From the IMG/VR virus record IMGVR_UViG_3300029258_002856: a stretch of 64,000 nucleotides of DNA. The stretch is one strand, 5' to 3'. Made by a program: the position numbers and the translations under genes. The DNA comes from a virus. How positions within the stretch are numbered: the stretch's first letter is position 1; each line of letters opens with the position of its first letter. This document shows, piece by piece, positions 9,539-17,766 of the stretch. The notes beneath the pieces were generated by a model. That model saw only the letters and a list, made by a program, of their open reading frames with translations. It did no database searches and was not told where the DNA came from.

Positions 9539-10071
9539 ACGTTCTTCAAGAACCATTTCTTCACTTGACCTCTCAGAACCCACGTCCATAGGTATTTCGG
9601 TCCGCTCAGCAAGTCGACAAATGTCATGATGTTGGGTTGAAGCCCAACTTCTTTTGCTGCGTGGTAAGACTCTAGATAGGCTTCGCGCTCGAAGAAGTAC
9701 CGGAACCAGGCAAACAAGACTGGGAGCGGCACAAACAGGTACAGAAAACCGAATACGATAATCCCCAGGATAGCGCATCCAAGACCGAACTGGAGGAAGC
9801 GGTAGACGTGTTTCAGCTCGTGGCGTAACGTAATGTAGTCTTCTTTGCTGATGTGCTTTCTCGACCACCCCAATGGCCAGTAGATGTCTCTACCTAACGT
9901 AGTGACAAATCCTGTGAGAAATGTCTTCATCTGGCCGAAAGACAAGACCAGGAGAATATAGTGGATGGTTTTCCATAGCCAGAGGTTGTCTCTCTTTGTA
10001 CGGATTCGGATTCCGTACTTGGCAACAGCCTCGCGCTCCAACTGTTCGAAAAGTTCTTTCGCGTCGCTCAT
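9535..10071 (-). CDS. Putative membrane HExxH metallopeptidase-like protein
   Basis: LRHELKH, a hydrophobic segment and a downstream EREAY; GGAGG SD upstream. Confidence 0.5.
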   Translation of the reverse strand: MSDAKELFEQLEREAVAKYGIRIRTKRDNLWLWKTIHYILLVLSFGQMKTFLTGFVTTLGRDIYWPLGWSRKHISKEDYITLRHELKHVYRFLQFGLGCAILGIIVFGFLYLFVPLPVLFAWFRYFFEREAYLESYHAAKEVGLQPNIMTFVDLLSGPKYLWTWVLRGQVKKWFLKNV

Positions 10072-10133
10072 GTAGCACCTCCGATAGAAATTATAGAGGT
10101 GATTTGGTAAAGGAAGCTAGAGGAGGAATTTCA

Positions 10134-10784
10134 ATGTCTGAAGAAGTAGCCGTAGTGCCGAGAGCCCTCGTTGAGCAGTGCTTTCCTGGGCAATTTCCGG
10201 GCTTCATGCGCTGGACTGGCGACACTCAGCAAGCTGCTGGGTTCAAGCGGGTCATCGACAATATCGTCTTCATGTCCCGAGAGCGGGCAGAGACGAATGA
10301 GAACTGGTTGCAGACGATTCCGTACTTGCTCTTGTGGGACCCGGACAGGTACCTGATGGCGACGTACTTCCGGTCCAAGAAGTCTGGGGAGGAGCGCTTA
10401 CGGCGTAAAGCTTCCGTGGGATTCGGCGGACACATGAATGAGCGCGATTTCTGGGCTGGACCCCAGGCCGCGTTCTACTTGGCTGCGTTTCGGGAGCTGC
10501 ATGAGGAGCTTTCCTTTGACCCGCCTCTCATGGTGACGGGTCCGCAGATGCATCTCCACGGTCTTATCGCTCTCGATGAGACGGTAGTGGACCGCGTACA
10601 TCTTGGCTTCGTCATCCAAGTCGATGTCACCAGCAAGATTTCGGCGAACGATGATGAGGTTGAGTGGCTAGAGTGGAAGCGACTTAATGGTGCGCTCTTA
10701 GAGCTGGATAATCTCGAGAAATGGTCCTACCATGTGATTAAAGAAGCCTTGGAAAACAGGATAGGTTCTTTGATATCTGAATGA
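10134..10784 (+). CDS. NUDIX-family phosphoesterase (COG4112-like)
   Basis: EERLRRKASVGFGGHMN, AAFRELHEEL, RVHLGFV, LEKWS; start at ATG 10134 after GAGGAGG. Confidence 0.8.
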   Translation: MSEEVAVVPRALVEQCFPGQFPGFMRWTGDTQQAAGFKRVIDNIVFMSRERAETNENWLQTIPYLLLWDPDRYLMATYFRSKKSGEERLRRKASVGFGGHMNERDFWAGPQAAFYLAAFRELHEELSFDPPLMVTGPQMHLHGLIALDETVVDRVHLGFVIQVDVTSKISANDDEVEWLEWKRLNGALLELDNLEKWSYHVIKEALENRIGSLISE

Positions 10785-10785
10785 C

Positions 10786-11162
10786 GGGGGTGACTTGGTT
10801 TCGACGTTGATGAATGAAGTGTGCAATGCGTGCCCCGCTTGTGAGCCAGCGGATTAAAAAGACTCTCAACCACAACTGCCGACAACGTAGTTGAACTCTT
10901 CCCGAAGGTCGAGGCGGCTCCGGTCGCCAAGGCTGCTTGAGGGAATGTCCAACCGAGAAGTGCCTGTGTACTCGGAAGGGCATCATCTTAACAGGATAAG
11001 GCTGAGAGGTTGTTCCTCGCCCACCTCAGTACGAAAATCTAAGAGGTCCAATCTAGCCCGAGTTGGGCTCCGTGATGGAGGCTAGAGAGCAGAACGGGCT
11101 ACGCACGTAACGAGTTGTACATGACGCATTGGCGGACCTGGGTTCGATTCCCAGCGCCTCCA
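10786..11162 (+). ncRNA. ssrA: tmRNA (one-piece, 377 nt); tag (A)ADNVVELFPKVEAAPVAKAA at 10878-10940
   Basis: 5' GGGGGTGACTTGGTTTCGAC; acceptor stem pairs with CGCCTCC (11155-11161) including the G3-U70 Ala determinant; T-arm CTGGG-TTCGATT-CCCAG; resume context caactGCC; tag ends in AA-stop; the CCA end is not encoded intact (ACCC). Confidence 0.95.
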
Positions 11163-11164
11163 CC

Positions 11165-11430
11165 CAGCGGTCTGAACGGAGACGTGACCAGCATGAGCCT
11201 GACGAGTGAAGGCGTTAACCGTAGCGAGGGTGGGTACCCAGAAGCCCTCACGCCACAACGAGGCAAGGAACAGTGCGAAACAGCGTCCGTGACTTAGAGA
11301 GGAGAGAATCTCCGAGCGGGTGAGAGGCCCGCATTCCAATTCACATAGTTTGGCAGCTGTGTGTGCCCTCTTCCGAGCGAGCGCTGTTAATAAGTCGGCC
11401 GCGATGACCTCGGGAGGGGGCTTTGTTTTT
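11165..11430 (+). ncRNA. Unidentified highly structured RNA candidate downstream of tmRNA
   Basis: No credible ORF; many stems and two long-range pairings (see findings); ends in a weak hairpin plus U-rich tract. Confidence 0.55.
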
Positions 11431-11443
11431 CAAGGAGCACTTC

Positions 11444-12115
11444 ATGGATGAGCAGGTTATCCAGATACAGACGTACACATGCGCGGATTGTGACCACTTC
11501 ATGGATGACATTCGAGAGAGTGACATTACCGGAGTGCCCAACGGCATGCGTTACTGGTGCGGCAACGAGGAGCTGGACAAGAAATGGTTCAAAGTTACGC
11601 CTGACACTCCGGCGTGTCCCTACCACACGGCGCTCTATGAAGTCTGGCGTGAGCTGAACGAAGGTCTTAGTTTTGACTCGTTCAAAATATCTATGACGGA
11701 CCCCGCATCTTCGGGGATGAAAGGGGAGTTGGAGACTGCGTTTCAGTACCTACTTCGAGATATGATTTCAGCGGTCAAAGAGGTCTTAGACGACCCTACT
11801 CGGAATATGGGGTACTCTTCGGGTAAGTCTATAATGGACATCATACAGGAGGAATGGAATACCGCTGCGGGCGGGCACATGTTCAAGGATGCGTTAGCGC
11901 AGGCAATTACGGATAATCTTGAGATAGGGGTGGAGACGGGTTTGGGGAAACTTGTGTCCAATCTCCAACAACGCTATCGGGTCCTTGCCGCGGTTCTCAC
12001 GACCTACATGATGAACCATGCGGTCCTGGCGATGAAGGAGACGGCCAAACTCGAGCAGCGACTCAAAGAGCTGGAAACCAAATTGAGGAGAAAAGGAGTG
12101 TTGGACGAGGACTAG
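11444..12115 (+). CDS. Hypothetical protein with a Cys-rich N-terminus and coiled-coil C-terminus
   Basis: AAGGAG SD before ATG 11444; CADCDH...C...CPYH. Confidence 0.6.
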   Translation: MDEQVIQIQTYTCADCDHFMDDIRESDITGVPNGMRYWCGNEELDKKWFKVTPDTPACPYHTALYEVWRELNEGLSFDSFKISMTDPASSGMKGELETAFQYLLRDMISAVKEVLDDPTRNMGYSSGKSIMDIIQEEWNTAAGGHMFKDALAQAITDNLEIGVETGLGKLVSNLQQRYRVLAAVLTTYMMNHAVLAMKETAKLEQRLKELETKLRRKGVLDED

Positions 12116-12438
12116 CCGTCGGAGCTGCCAGAGAACTTGGCAGTCAAACTCTTGCCCATGAAGGCTGCGCCCCGAACGAACTTGTCGACGGCCGCTTGCG
12201 ACCCGATGAACCAGGCAGCGCAGAACCCCATCACGAAGACGATGCCTACCATGAAGGTTGCGAGCGGCCATCCTAGTTCCGGCTGCTTGAACAGCGCGAC
12301 GATGGCCATCGCGCACATGAAGACCTCGACGATGATGAAAGCGATGAACTTCTTACTCCGGTACCACGGCTTCTCCACCTTCTCCAGAGCCTTGTGGTTC
12401 GCTTCCAGAGTCTTCTCCAGCTTCTCCTGTTCCGTCAT
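12112..12438 (-). CDS. Putative holin-like membrane protein (2 TM helices)
   Basis: 108 aa from ATG 12438 with GGAGG SD; WYRSKKF followed by two hydrophobic helices. Confidence 0.45.
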   Translation of the reverse strand: MTEQEKLEKTLEANHKALEKVEKPWYRSKKFIAFIIVEVFMCAMAIVALFKQPELGWPLATFMVGIVFVMGFCAAWFIGSQAAVDKFVRGAAFMGKSLTAKFSGSSDG

Positions 12439-13108
12439 TGGAGTCCTCCCTTTTTTTGCCTTCGATGCGTAGCAGTCTCTCGGCAATCTCCTGCCGAGTC
12501 TTTCGTACAATTGTACGCGCTTTACACTCATTGCAGCGGAAATCGACTTGCTCTACGACGCCCTTCTCCTCGTTGATACGGTAAGAGCGTTGGTCAGGAT
12601 TAAGTCCGAACTTTTCTACAGAGAGACCCCAGCGCTCTGCGGTGAGTTCTCCCACCCGCCGCAGGGCTTCCGTAATCTCGACCTGCAAGCGCTGCACGGT
12701 ATCGTTTGCTTCTTTCAGTTCCGCGTTGACCTTTTGGAGCTCGTCATCTTCCTCGAAGATAGCAGCTGTGCGCACTGCCAGATGCCGGGAACACAGGGTA
12801 TCGGCGCGCATGCTACGAGCTGTCGCCTTTCCTACGAGTTCGAAGACTTCATCATCGAGGTCTTCCTCGGGCATTGCGAGGAGCTTGTCGACGAGTTCTC
12901 CTAATCGACCGCCCTCGACGGACAATTCGCAATCAGAGAGTCCCCGCAGAATCTTCAGTCCTTGAGGTCCCATCGGGAGGGGGTTGTATCTCGCCCGGGA
13001 TTTGTCCGCGGGAGGTTGCTCTCCCGGCGGCATCGGGGGACGCTGGGGCATCTCCCCGAAGGGCATTTGGGGCGGCATCATGGGAAGCGGCTGCGGCGCT
13101 TTCTTCAT
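12353..13108 (-). CDS. Hypothetical protein (Pro-rich N-terminus, coiled coil, CxxC)
   Basis: 251-aa ORF with AAGGAG SD. Confidence 0.6.
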   Translation of the reverse strand: MKKAPQPLPMMPPQMPFGEMPQRPPMPPGEQPPADKSRARYNPLPMGPQGLKILRGLSDCELSVEGGRLGELVDKLLAMPEEDLDDEVFELVGKATARSMRADTLCSRHLAVRTAAIFEEDDELQKVNAELKEANDTVQRLQVEITEALRRVGELTAERWGLSVEKFGLNPDQRSYRINEEKGVVEQVDFRCNECKARTIVRKTRQEIAERLLRIEGKKREDSNDGTGEAGEDSGSEPQGSGEGGEAVVPE

Positions 13109-13111
13109 CGG

Positions 13112-13555
13112 TCACTCCTTGTTGGCGTAAAGCAGCACCCTTTCGTAGATGTGCTGTCCTTGAATTTCAGTCATTGGTACGACGTCTGTAACTAAAAAAG
13201 AGGCGTCCGCCAGGACTTCCTCTTCTCCATACTTGTACGGCACCCATGCATAGTAGTCGGCGTAGACCATGGAGAGAATTGGTTTCTGAAGTGCGAGGAC
13301 GTTTATCTCGTCTTCGGCTTTCAAAGGGACCACCGTGTGTGTGCGTCCGAGATGCCATCGACGGCTGACGTTTTCTATTTTGCCGGTCTCCATGGTCGAG
13401 CCGATACGTCTCCCGCCTTTGACGAGATAGATGACGTTGGAATAGCCGAGAACCGCGCCTTTCGGCGGCGTGTAGACTTCACCGGGGAGTGGGTCTACTG
13501 GCAGCGAGAAAGGTGTCTCTATCTGGCTCTTTAATGATTCGGTGGATGACGTCAT
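13112..13555 (-). CDS. Hypothetical protein (start uncertain)
   Basis: Fills the gap in the minus-strand operon. Confidence 0.5.
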   Translation of the reverse strand: MTSSTESLKSQIETPFSLPVDPLPGEVYTPPKGAVLGYSNVIYLVKGGRRIGSTMETGKIENVSRRWHLGRTHTVVPLKAEDEINVLALQKPILSMVYADYYAWVPYKYGEEEVLADASFLVTDVVPMTEIQGQHIYERVLLYANKE

Positions 13556-14120
13556 GGATTTTGGTCTTCAGTTCGTTCAAGGTACCATCGTTGATGATGG
13601 TGTCGAACAGTGAAGCGTCGGGTATTTGTTGCATCTCCGTTTCGCTCGGATGATTCCGTGTTCCGAGTTCGGCTTGTACGAGGTCGTAGCTCAAGGGACG
13701 AAGGAGCCGAATTAACTCACCTCCGCACATCTCAGTCACCATGGCTGCTTCGTTGAGAAAACGAACATCTGGAATGACGATGGGGCGGTTGCTGTGTGTA
13801 GTGTCGAAGAGCCCGAGACTATCTTTCCCCGTCTGCCGGAACCAGGAAATACGCCGTAAAGTATGGCGCACCCAGACTTGTTCGTCGTGAGCACGTGCGA
13901 CCTCGGTTCCGAAGGTTTGGAGGAGCTTACGCACTTCGGGAGTACGCTTTTCACTTGGACCCCATAGAGCTTCTTGAGTAACGGTTTCAGGGAATATTTG
14001 CAGGATATAACTCTTGAGAGGGTCGGCGAAGGACATTTTCACCGCGTTGTAATTCTCCTGGAGAATACCGGCGATGGTGTCTTTGCCGGAGTTGATTTGG
14101 CCTGTGATGCCGACAATCAT
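13479..14120 (-). CDS. Deoxynucleoside monophosphate kinase
   Basis: P-loop GQINSGKDT, SFADPLK, RKLLQTFGTE, IPDVRFLNE, HPSE: the phage dNMP kinase pattern. Confidence 0.88.
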   Translation of the reverse strand: MIVGITGQINSGKDTIAGILQENYNAVKMSFADPLKSYILQIFPETVTQEALWGPSEKRTPEVRKLLQTFGTEVARAHDEQVWVRHTLRRISWFRQTGKDSLGLFDTTHSNRPIVIPDVRFLNEAAMVTEMCGGELIRLLRPLSYDLVQAELGTRNHPSETEMQQIPDASLFDTIINDGTLNELKTKIHDVIHRIIKEPDRDTFLAASRPTPR

Positions 14121-14437
14121 TCCTGTTCCTCTTCGCCCTCTTCTTTTTCGGGTTCGGGCAGGTCCACCTCGTCTTCGGTTTCCACCTCGTCGGTATGTGC
14201 AAACGGCTCGATGTCGTCGATATTGATGAGAAGAACGCGCTTGCCTCCGACGAGTGCGCCGTACACAGGGATGCTGCCCGACTCGGGGAGTGCGAAGTCG
14301 AGGGAGATACGCTTCTCGTCAACGCGGGGAAGTTGGTCTTCCCAGATGCCATCGGCAATCAGGAGGCCCCCTGTTTGGGTGTCTACATACCCAATCAGCT
14401 TGCCTTCTTCGGTGAAAAGATTAGATGCGTCGTCCAT
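14117..14437 (-). CDS. Hypothetical acidic protein
   Basis: 106 aa with AGGAG SD; ATGA overlap with the kinase gene. Confidence 0.6.
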   Translation of the reverse strand: MDDASNLFTEEGKLIGYVDTQTGGLLIADGIWEDQLPRVDEKRISLDFALPESGSIPVYGALVGGKRVLLINIDDIEPFAHTDEVETEDEVDLPEPEKEEGEEEQE

Positions 14438-14497
14438 GCTTTAGCTCCTGTGGTGCGTTTACGAACGTTAACAGACTTTAACGCCTGACGGAAGAAC

Positions 14498-14525
14498 AAA
14501 AAAAGAGCCCGCGTTGCACGGGCTC
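14498..14525 (-). terminator. Rho-independent terminator ending the ncRNA array transcript
   Basis: On the minus strand: GAGCCCG-7nt-CGGGCTC followed by T7. Confidence 0.8.
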
Positions 14526-14528
14526 GGT

Positions 14529-14952
14529 ACTCACTTGCTGAGGGTAGAACAGGAAGAGAGACCGCTCGGCTTCTTTTGTACGAAGTACACTTCTCCGCCC
14601 CGGAGTTACTCCGGGAAAATTAGCAATTCCAAGTGAGTCATGGTTCCCGTATTGCTGAGAGGAGGGAGCTACCCGGCGGAGCGACGCTGTAAGCAGTTGG
14701 AATGCTTCATCTTCTCAGGCCGCCGCGGCCCGGACGCCTCGAACTGGAGCGCTGCTAAGCGCAGGCTCCGATTCCTGGAGTTACTCCAGGTGCCTACTGA
14801 GTTAAATAGGCTCCAATACGAGAGGGGGGTTTTTGCACTAGCTGGTTTTCCGGCCGGAGCACCAGGTCCTCGGCAGGCCGTCGGATCGATTGCGTCGAAG
14901 ACGCGAAGTGCCCTACCGTAGTTACTACGGTACTTGTTGCGGCTCCTAGTGC
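14529..14952 (-). ncRNA. Array of three tandem structured RNA modules (14835-14952, 14645-14823, 14529-14638) with retron msr-msd-like architecture
   Basis: Each module is closed by a 7-9 bp long-range stem, has conserved junctions U(U/A)G|GA and CAG|C(A/U)A, and carries a covarying hairpin with the core AG-UAA-CU. Confidence 0.7.
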
Positions 14953-14953
14953 T

Positions 14954-15784
14954 TTACAGTGGACGCTCCAGCAGTCCTGGAAAGACCATCGAAGCCTTCC
15001 TGCTGATTTGATTCTTGTACCACGGACTTCTGCGAGAACCTGGCCAATACAAGGAAGGCCGCCGAGTGTTGTAGAACTCGCCGCGATAGGCCATTTCATC
15101 GAAGACTTTCTGTACTCCGGGTACGAGGGTAAGGAACTCCTTGATTTCCTTCCATGACATTTTCCAGACGGACTTCACGATTTGGGCTGGCCCCAAGTCG
15201 ACCTTGCGCTTTCCGAATTGGGGGTGCTGCACCATCTGTTTGATTTCATCGAGGGAGTGACTGATGGAGGCCGGGGGACGCTTGATGATTTTTCGTTTGT
15301 ACGCGAATGTGCGGGGGTTAGGACCGATGGCACATCTATCGAAGCGGGATTCGGAAATCATGATGCCAATGGCTTCGCGCTTGTCGACGCGTACGTAGGT
15401 GCCATTTCGCAACTGGTATTCGGTTTTTCTTGCGGCTTCGTTGATGGCTGCCGCCCACTCCAGTGCGGCCGGTTTGATGTCCTCCTTGGCGTATCTCTCG
15501 CCGCACTCGTGCCAAATGCCGTGGTCGTATTTAACCTTCCATTTGAATATCCGCTTGGCGAGCGCGACATCTTCCGGGTCGAATATTTCCTCCGGCGGAG
15601 GAGGAAGCGTGGTGATTTCCACGACTTCGAGGGATTGCTCTTCTTCGATGGAAGGTTCCTCTACGGGAACCATCTGTTCAACAACTGTGACTGGTTTGGG
15701 TTCTGCGTCAGCCGCGGTCTGGATGGGAGCTTGTTTGGCACAGCCAATAGCCAGGACCATGAAACATAGAATCGTCGTGCGCAT
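14954..15784 (-). CDS. Lipoprotein with a lytic-transglycosylase-like domain
   Basis: Lipobox-like LAIGC at residue 15; IMISESRFDRCAIG...DLGPAQI resembles the SLT catalytic Glu and GxxQ motifs. Confidence 0.5.
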   Translation of the reverse strand: MRTTILCFMVLAIGCAKQAPIQTAADAEPKPVTVVEQMVPVEEPSIEEEQSLEVVEITTLPPPPEEIFDPEDVALAKRIFKWKVKYDHGIWHECGERYAKEDIKPAALEWAAAINEAARKTEYQLRNGTYVRVDKREAIGIMISESRFDRCAIGPNPRTFAYKRKIIKRPPASISHSLDEIKQMVQHPQFGKRKVDLGPAQIVKSVWKMSWKEIKEFLTLVPGVQKVFDEMAYRGEFYNTRRPSLYWPGSRRSPWYKNQISRKASMVFPGLLERPL

Positions 15785-15870
15785 GCAATTTGACCTCCTT
15801 CATCGAGCCCACAAGCGACTTTTCCCCCAGCTCGATGTATTTGGTGATTTCGGAAATTATAGGGGAAGAA

Positions 15871-16236
15871 TCAGGATTCGTTCTGCACGGCTTCTTTGAA
15901 GTAGTTCCAGACCTCTTGGGTTACTGCATCGAACCCTTCTTTGCCGCCCTTGTCTTCCGGGAAGTAGTACCGATTGTTGCAGTTCTCGAGGTATACGGCG
16001 GCGATTACTTCCTCGATTTCCAGCCCGTGGTCGCGGGCGTACATCTTGAGGTACTTGTTGAGCGCCTCGGTGCAACGGCCAACACGGATGAAGAAGTCCT
16101 TCTTCTGTGCGTCGGCCATTGCCTGCTGAGCTTTCTCGGGGTCCTGTTTCTGCCCCTCGAACTTGAGAGCGTCTACTTCCACCCAACCCCCCTTGCCGTC
16201 AGGCATTTGGGTTTTGGTCTTTTCACCTTCGGACAT
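15871..16236 (-). CDS. Hypothetical protein
   Basis: 121 aa, coupled to the upstream ORF. Confidence 0.6.
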   Translation of the reverse strand: MSEGEKTKTQMPDGKGGWVEVDALKFEGQKQDPEKAQQAMADAQKKDFFIRVGRCTEALNKYLKMYARDHGLEIEEVIAAVYLENCNNRYYFPEDKGGKEGFDAVTQEVWNYFKEAVQNES

Positions 16237-16503
16237 TTAGGCCACCTGTTTTTTCAGTGCCCGGAAGTTCGGGCAGTTGGGCACCACCTGGTCCTTATGC
16301 ACGATGGTCGGGATTACCCGAGCTTGCGGGGTAGGCTCTACCTTGGCCCCCGGAGGATAGACATGTTTGCCCACCCGATTGGCCGGGAAGATGGTCTTCG
16401 CCAGGCAGTAGGCGCGGGTCAGCTTGATGACCTTCCCGCCTTTGATGCCTTTTTCCAGCGGCCAGAATCGCGCGCATTTTCCACAAGCTTTTTCGGCGGA
16501 CAT
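16237..16503 (-). CDS. Small Cys-containing hypothetical protein
   Basis: CGKCARFW...C...CPNF; AGGAG SD. Confidence 0.55.
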   Translation of the reverse strand: MSAEKACGKCARFWPLEKGIKGGKVIKLTRAYCLAKTIFPANRVGKHVYPPGAKVEPTPQARVIPTIVHKDQVVPNCPNFRALKKQVA

Positions 16504-16504
16504 T

Positions 16505-16960
16505 TTACCCTCTCCTGTAAACGCGGGTTTTGTATTTAGATAATAAATCTGTAATCGGGAGTTTCGTCAAGGCATAACCGATTCTCCGGAAGACAGCTTC
16601 TTCGTTTTTATCGTCATTTCCCACGTAAACACAGACACTTCCGTTTGACTGTTTAAGTACTAATTCATCTGCGGTAGGAGAGGCAGGCTCGTTTGGTGCA
16701 AAGATGCGAACCCCGTTTTTCTCGAGTTCCTCCTGGTGTTCACGGTTAACGGCGTAAAGCAGCGCTACGAGGTGCGGACCGATTTTTTTGGGGTCCTTGA
16801 TACCTCTGATTTCGATGACGTAGGTCTCGCCATCTAGCTGCGCGGTTGGCTCATTGATGCGCCCCGACTCAGTATCGATTTCGTCAAAGGCGGATTTGAA
16901 TTTCGGCTTTTTCTTTTTCTTCTTGGCGAAGGGGTTGAAGATACCCGGGGTTTTGGTCAT
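16505..16960 (-). CDS. Hypothetical protein
   Basis: 151 aa, tightly packed in the operon. Confidence 0.6.
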   Translation of the reverse strand: MTKTPGIFNPFAKKKKKKPKFKSAFDEIDTESGRINEPTAQLDGETYVIEIRGIKDPKKIGPHLVALLYAVNREHQEELEKNGVRIFAPNEPASPTADELVLKQSNGSVCVYVGNDDKNEEAVFRRIGYALTKLPITDLLSKYKTRVYRRG

Positions 16961-17226
16961 GCGCCAACTCCCTTGACGACCTCTCGCAGGTAGGGGTCGG
17001 TACAGTCGTCATGGGCAAGCTCGAACTCTTTCATGAGGTACGACCCGACAGCCTGGAGGTTCATAGGGTGACGCCCGAGACGCTCTACGATGAAGACCAT
17101 ATGAACCCGGTGTCCTGGCTTGAGCTTTTGACGACAACGTACGCAGGTATCGCTTGTGGTCCGAGCGCCGAGTTCTTCTTTGGTTGCGGGGCGTGTGTCA
17201 GCCATGAATCTCGTTCCATTCTGCAA
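16957..17226 (-). CDS. Hypothetical Zn-finger protein
   Basis: CVRC...HDDC. Confidence 0.55.
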   Translation of the reverse strand: MQNGTRFMADTRPATKEELGARTTSDTCVRCRQKLKPGHRVHMVFIVERLGRHPMNLQAVGSYLMKEFELAHDDCTDPYLREVVKGVGA

Positions 17227-17581
17227 GGGCGCGTTTTGCGCCAGTCAGGAGCCAGTGATTACGTTTGACCTCATGGGGATACTTGAACGTGAAGTCCTTG
17301 AAGCCAGGAGGAACGTACACCCGGATAGGAGGGTCCCCGTTGTCAGGGTTGGCAATCTTTTCTTTGAGGTAGAGTTTCTCTGCGACTCGAAAGAGGGCCG
17401 CATCCACGGTGGTTTCTACGTCTGGCCCCACCGTATGCACCAGCGCGAGAAGTTTCTCTCGCATGTGAGAAAGTGTCATCGCGTAGGTGCTGAAGTGAGG
17501 ACGAGTGCGCTGGTACCAGCACGTCGCTGCGACGGTTACCGGTTCGTCCTGTTTGATTGCCAGGCCAACTAGGAAACGCAC
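17198..17581 (-). CDS. Hypothetical protein
   Basis: 127 aa with GTG start, 3 nt after the upstream stop. Confidence 0.5.
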   Translation of the reverse strand: MRFLVGLAIKQDEPVTVAATCWYQRTRPHFSTYAMTLSHMREKLLALVHTVGPDVETTVDAALFRVAEKLYLKEKIANPDNGDPPIRVYVPPGFKDFTFKYPHEVKRNHWLLTGAKRALAEWNEIHG

Positions 17582-17584
17582 GGC

Positions 17585-17740
17585 TTACAGCTTGCCAAGC
17601 TCCCGAAGGAGTTTCTTGGTCATGCGGAGTTCGGTCCCGCAGTATTTGCACTTGCCTTTGTCTCCAACCTTGGCAACGATTTTTCCGTTGCAGCGCTTCT
17701 TGGGGCAGGGAACAACTTTTGAACCGAGTGGACGTGCCAT
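17585..17740 (-). CDS. 51-aa Zn-ribbon protein (not in the ORF track)
   Basis: MARPLGSKVVPCPKKRCNGKIVAKVGDKGKCKYCGTELRMTKKLLRELGKL; GGAGG SD. Confidence 0.6.
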   Translation of the reverse strand: MARPLGSKVVPCPKKRCNGKIVAKVGDKGKCKYCGTELRMTKKLLRELGKL

Positions 17741-17766
17741 GATGCTAACCTCCTCTAAACGCTTCT

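Noticed and set aside
11199-11396. Canonical hammerhead ribozyme or group I intron
   Set aside because: CUGACGA and GAAAC are present, but stem I cannot form in type I or III topology. The GACUUA/UAAGUC helix is pseudoknotted rather than arranged as group I P7/P8, and there is no interrupted host gene.
14529-14952. CRISPR array or tRNA cluster interpretation of the three modules
   Set aside because: There are no identical direct repeats with uniform spacers and no cas genes in the window. The modules lack a cloverleaf with a T-loop at the correct distance from the 3' end, although ACC(A) follows two of them.
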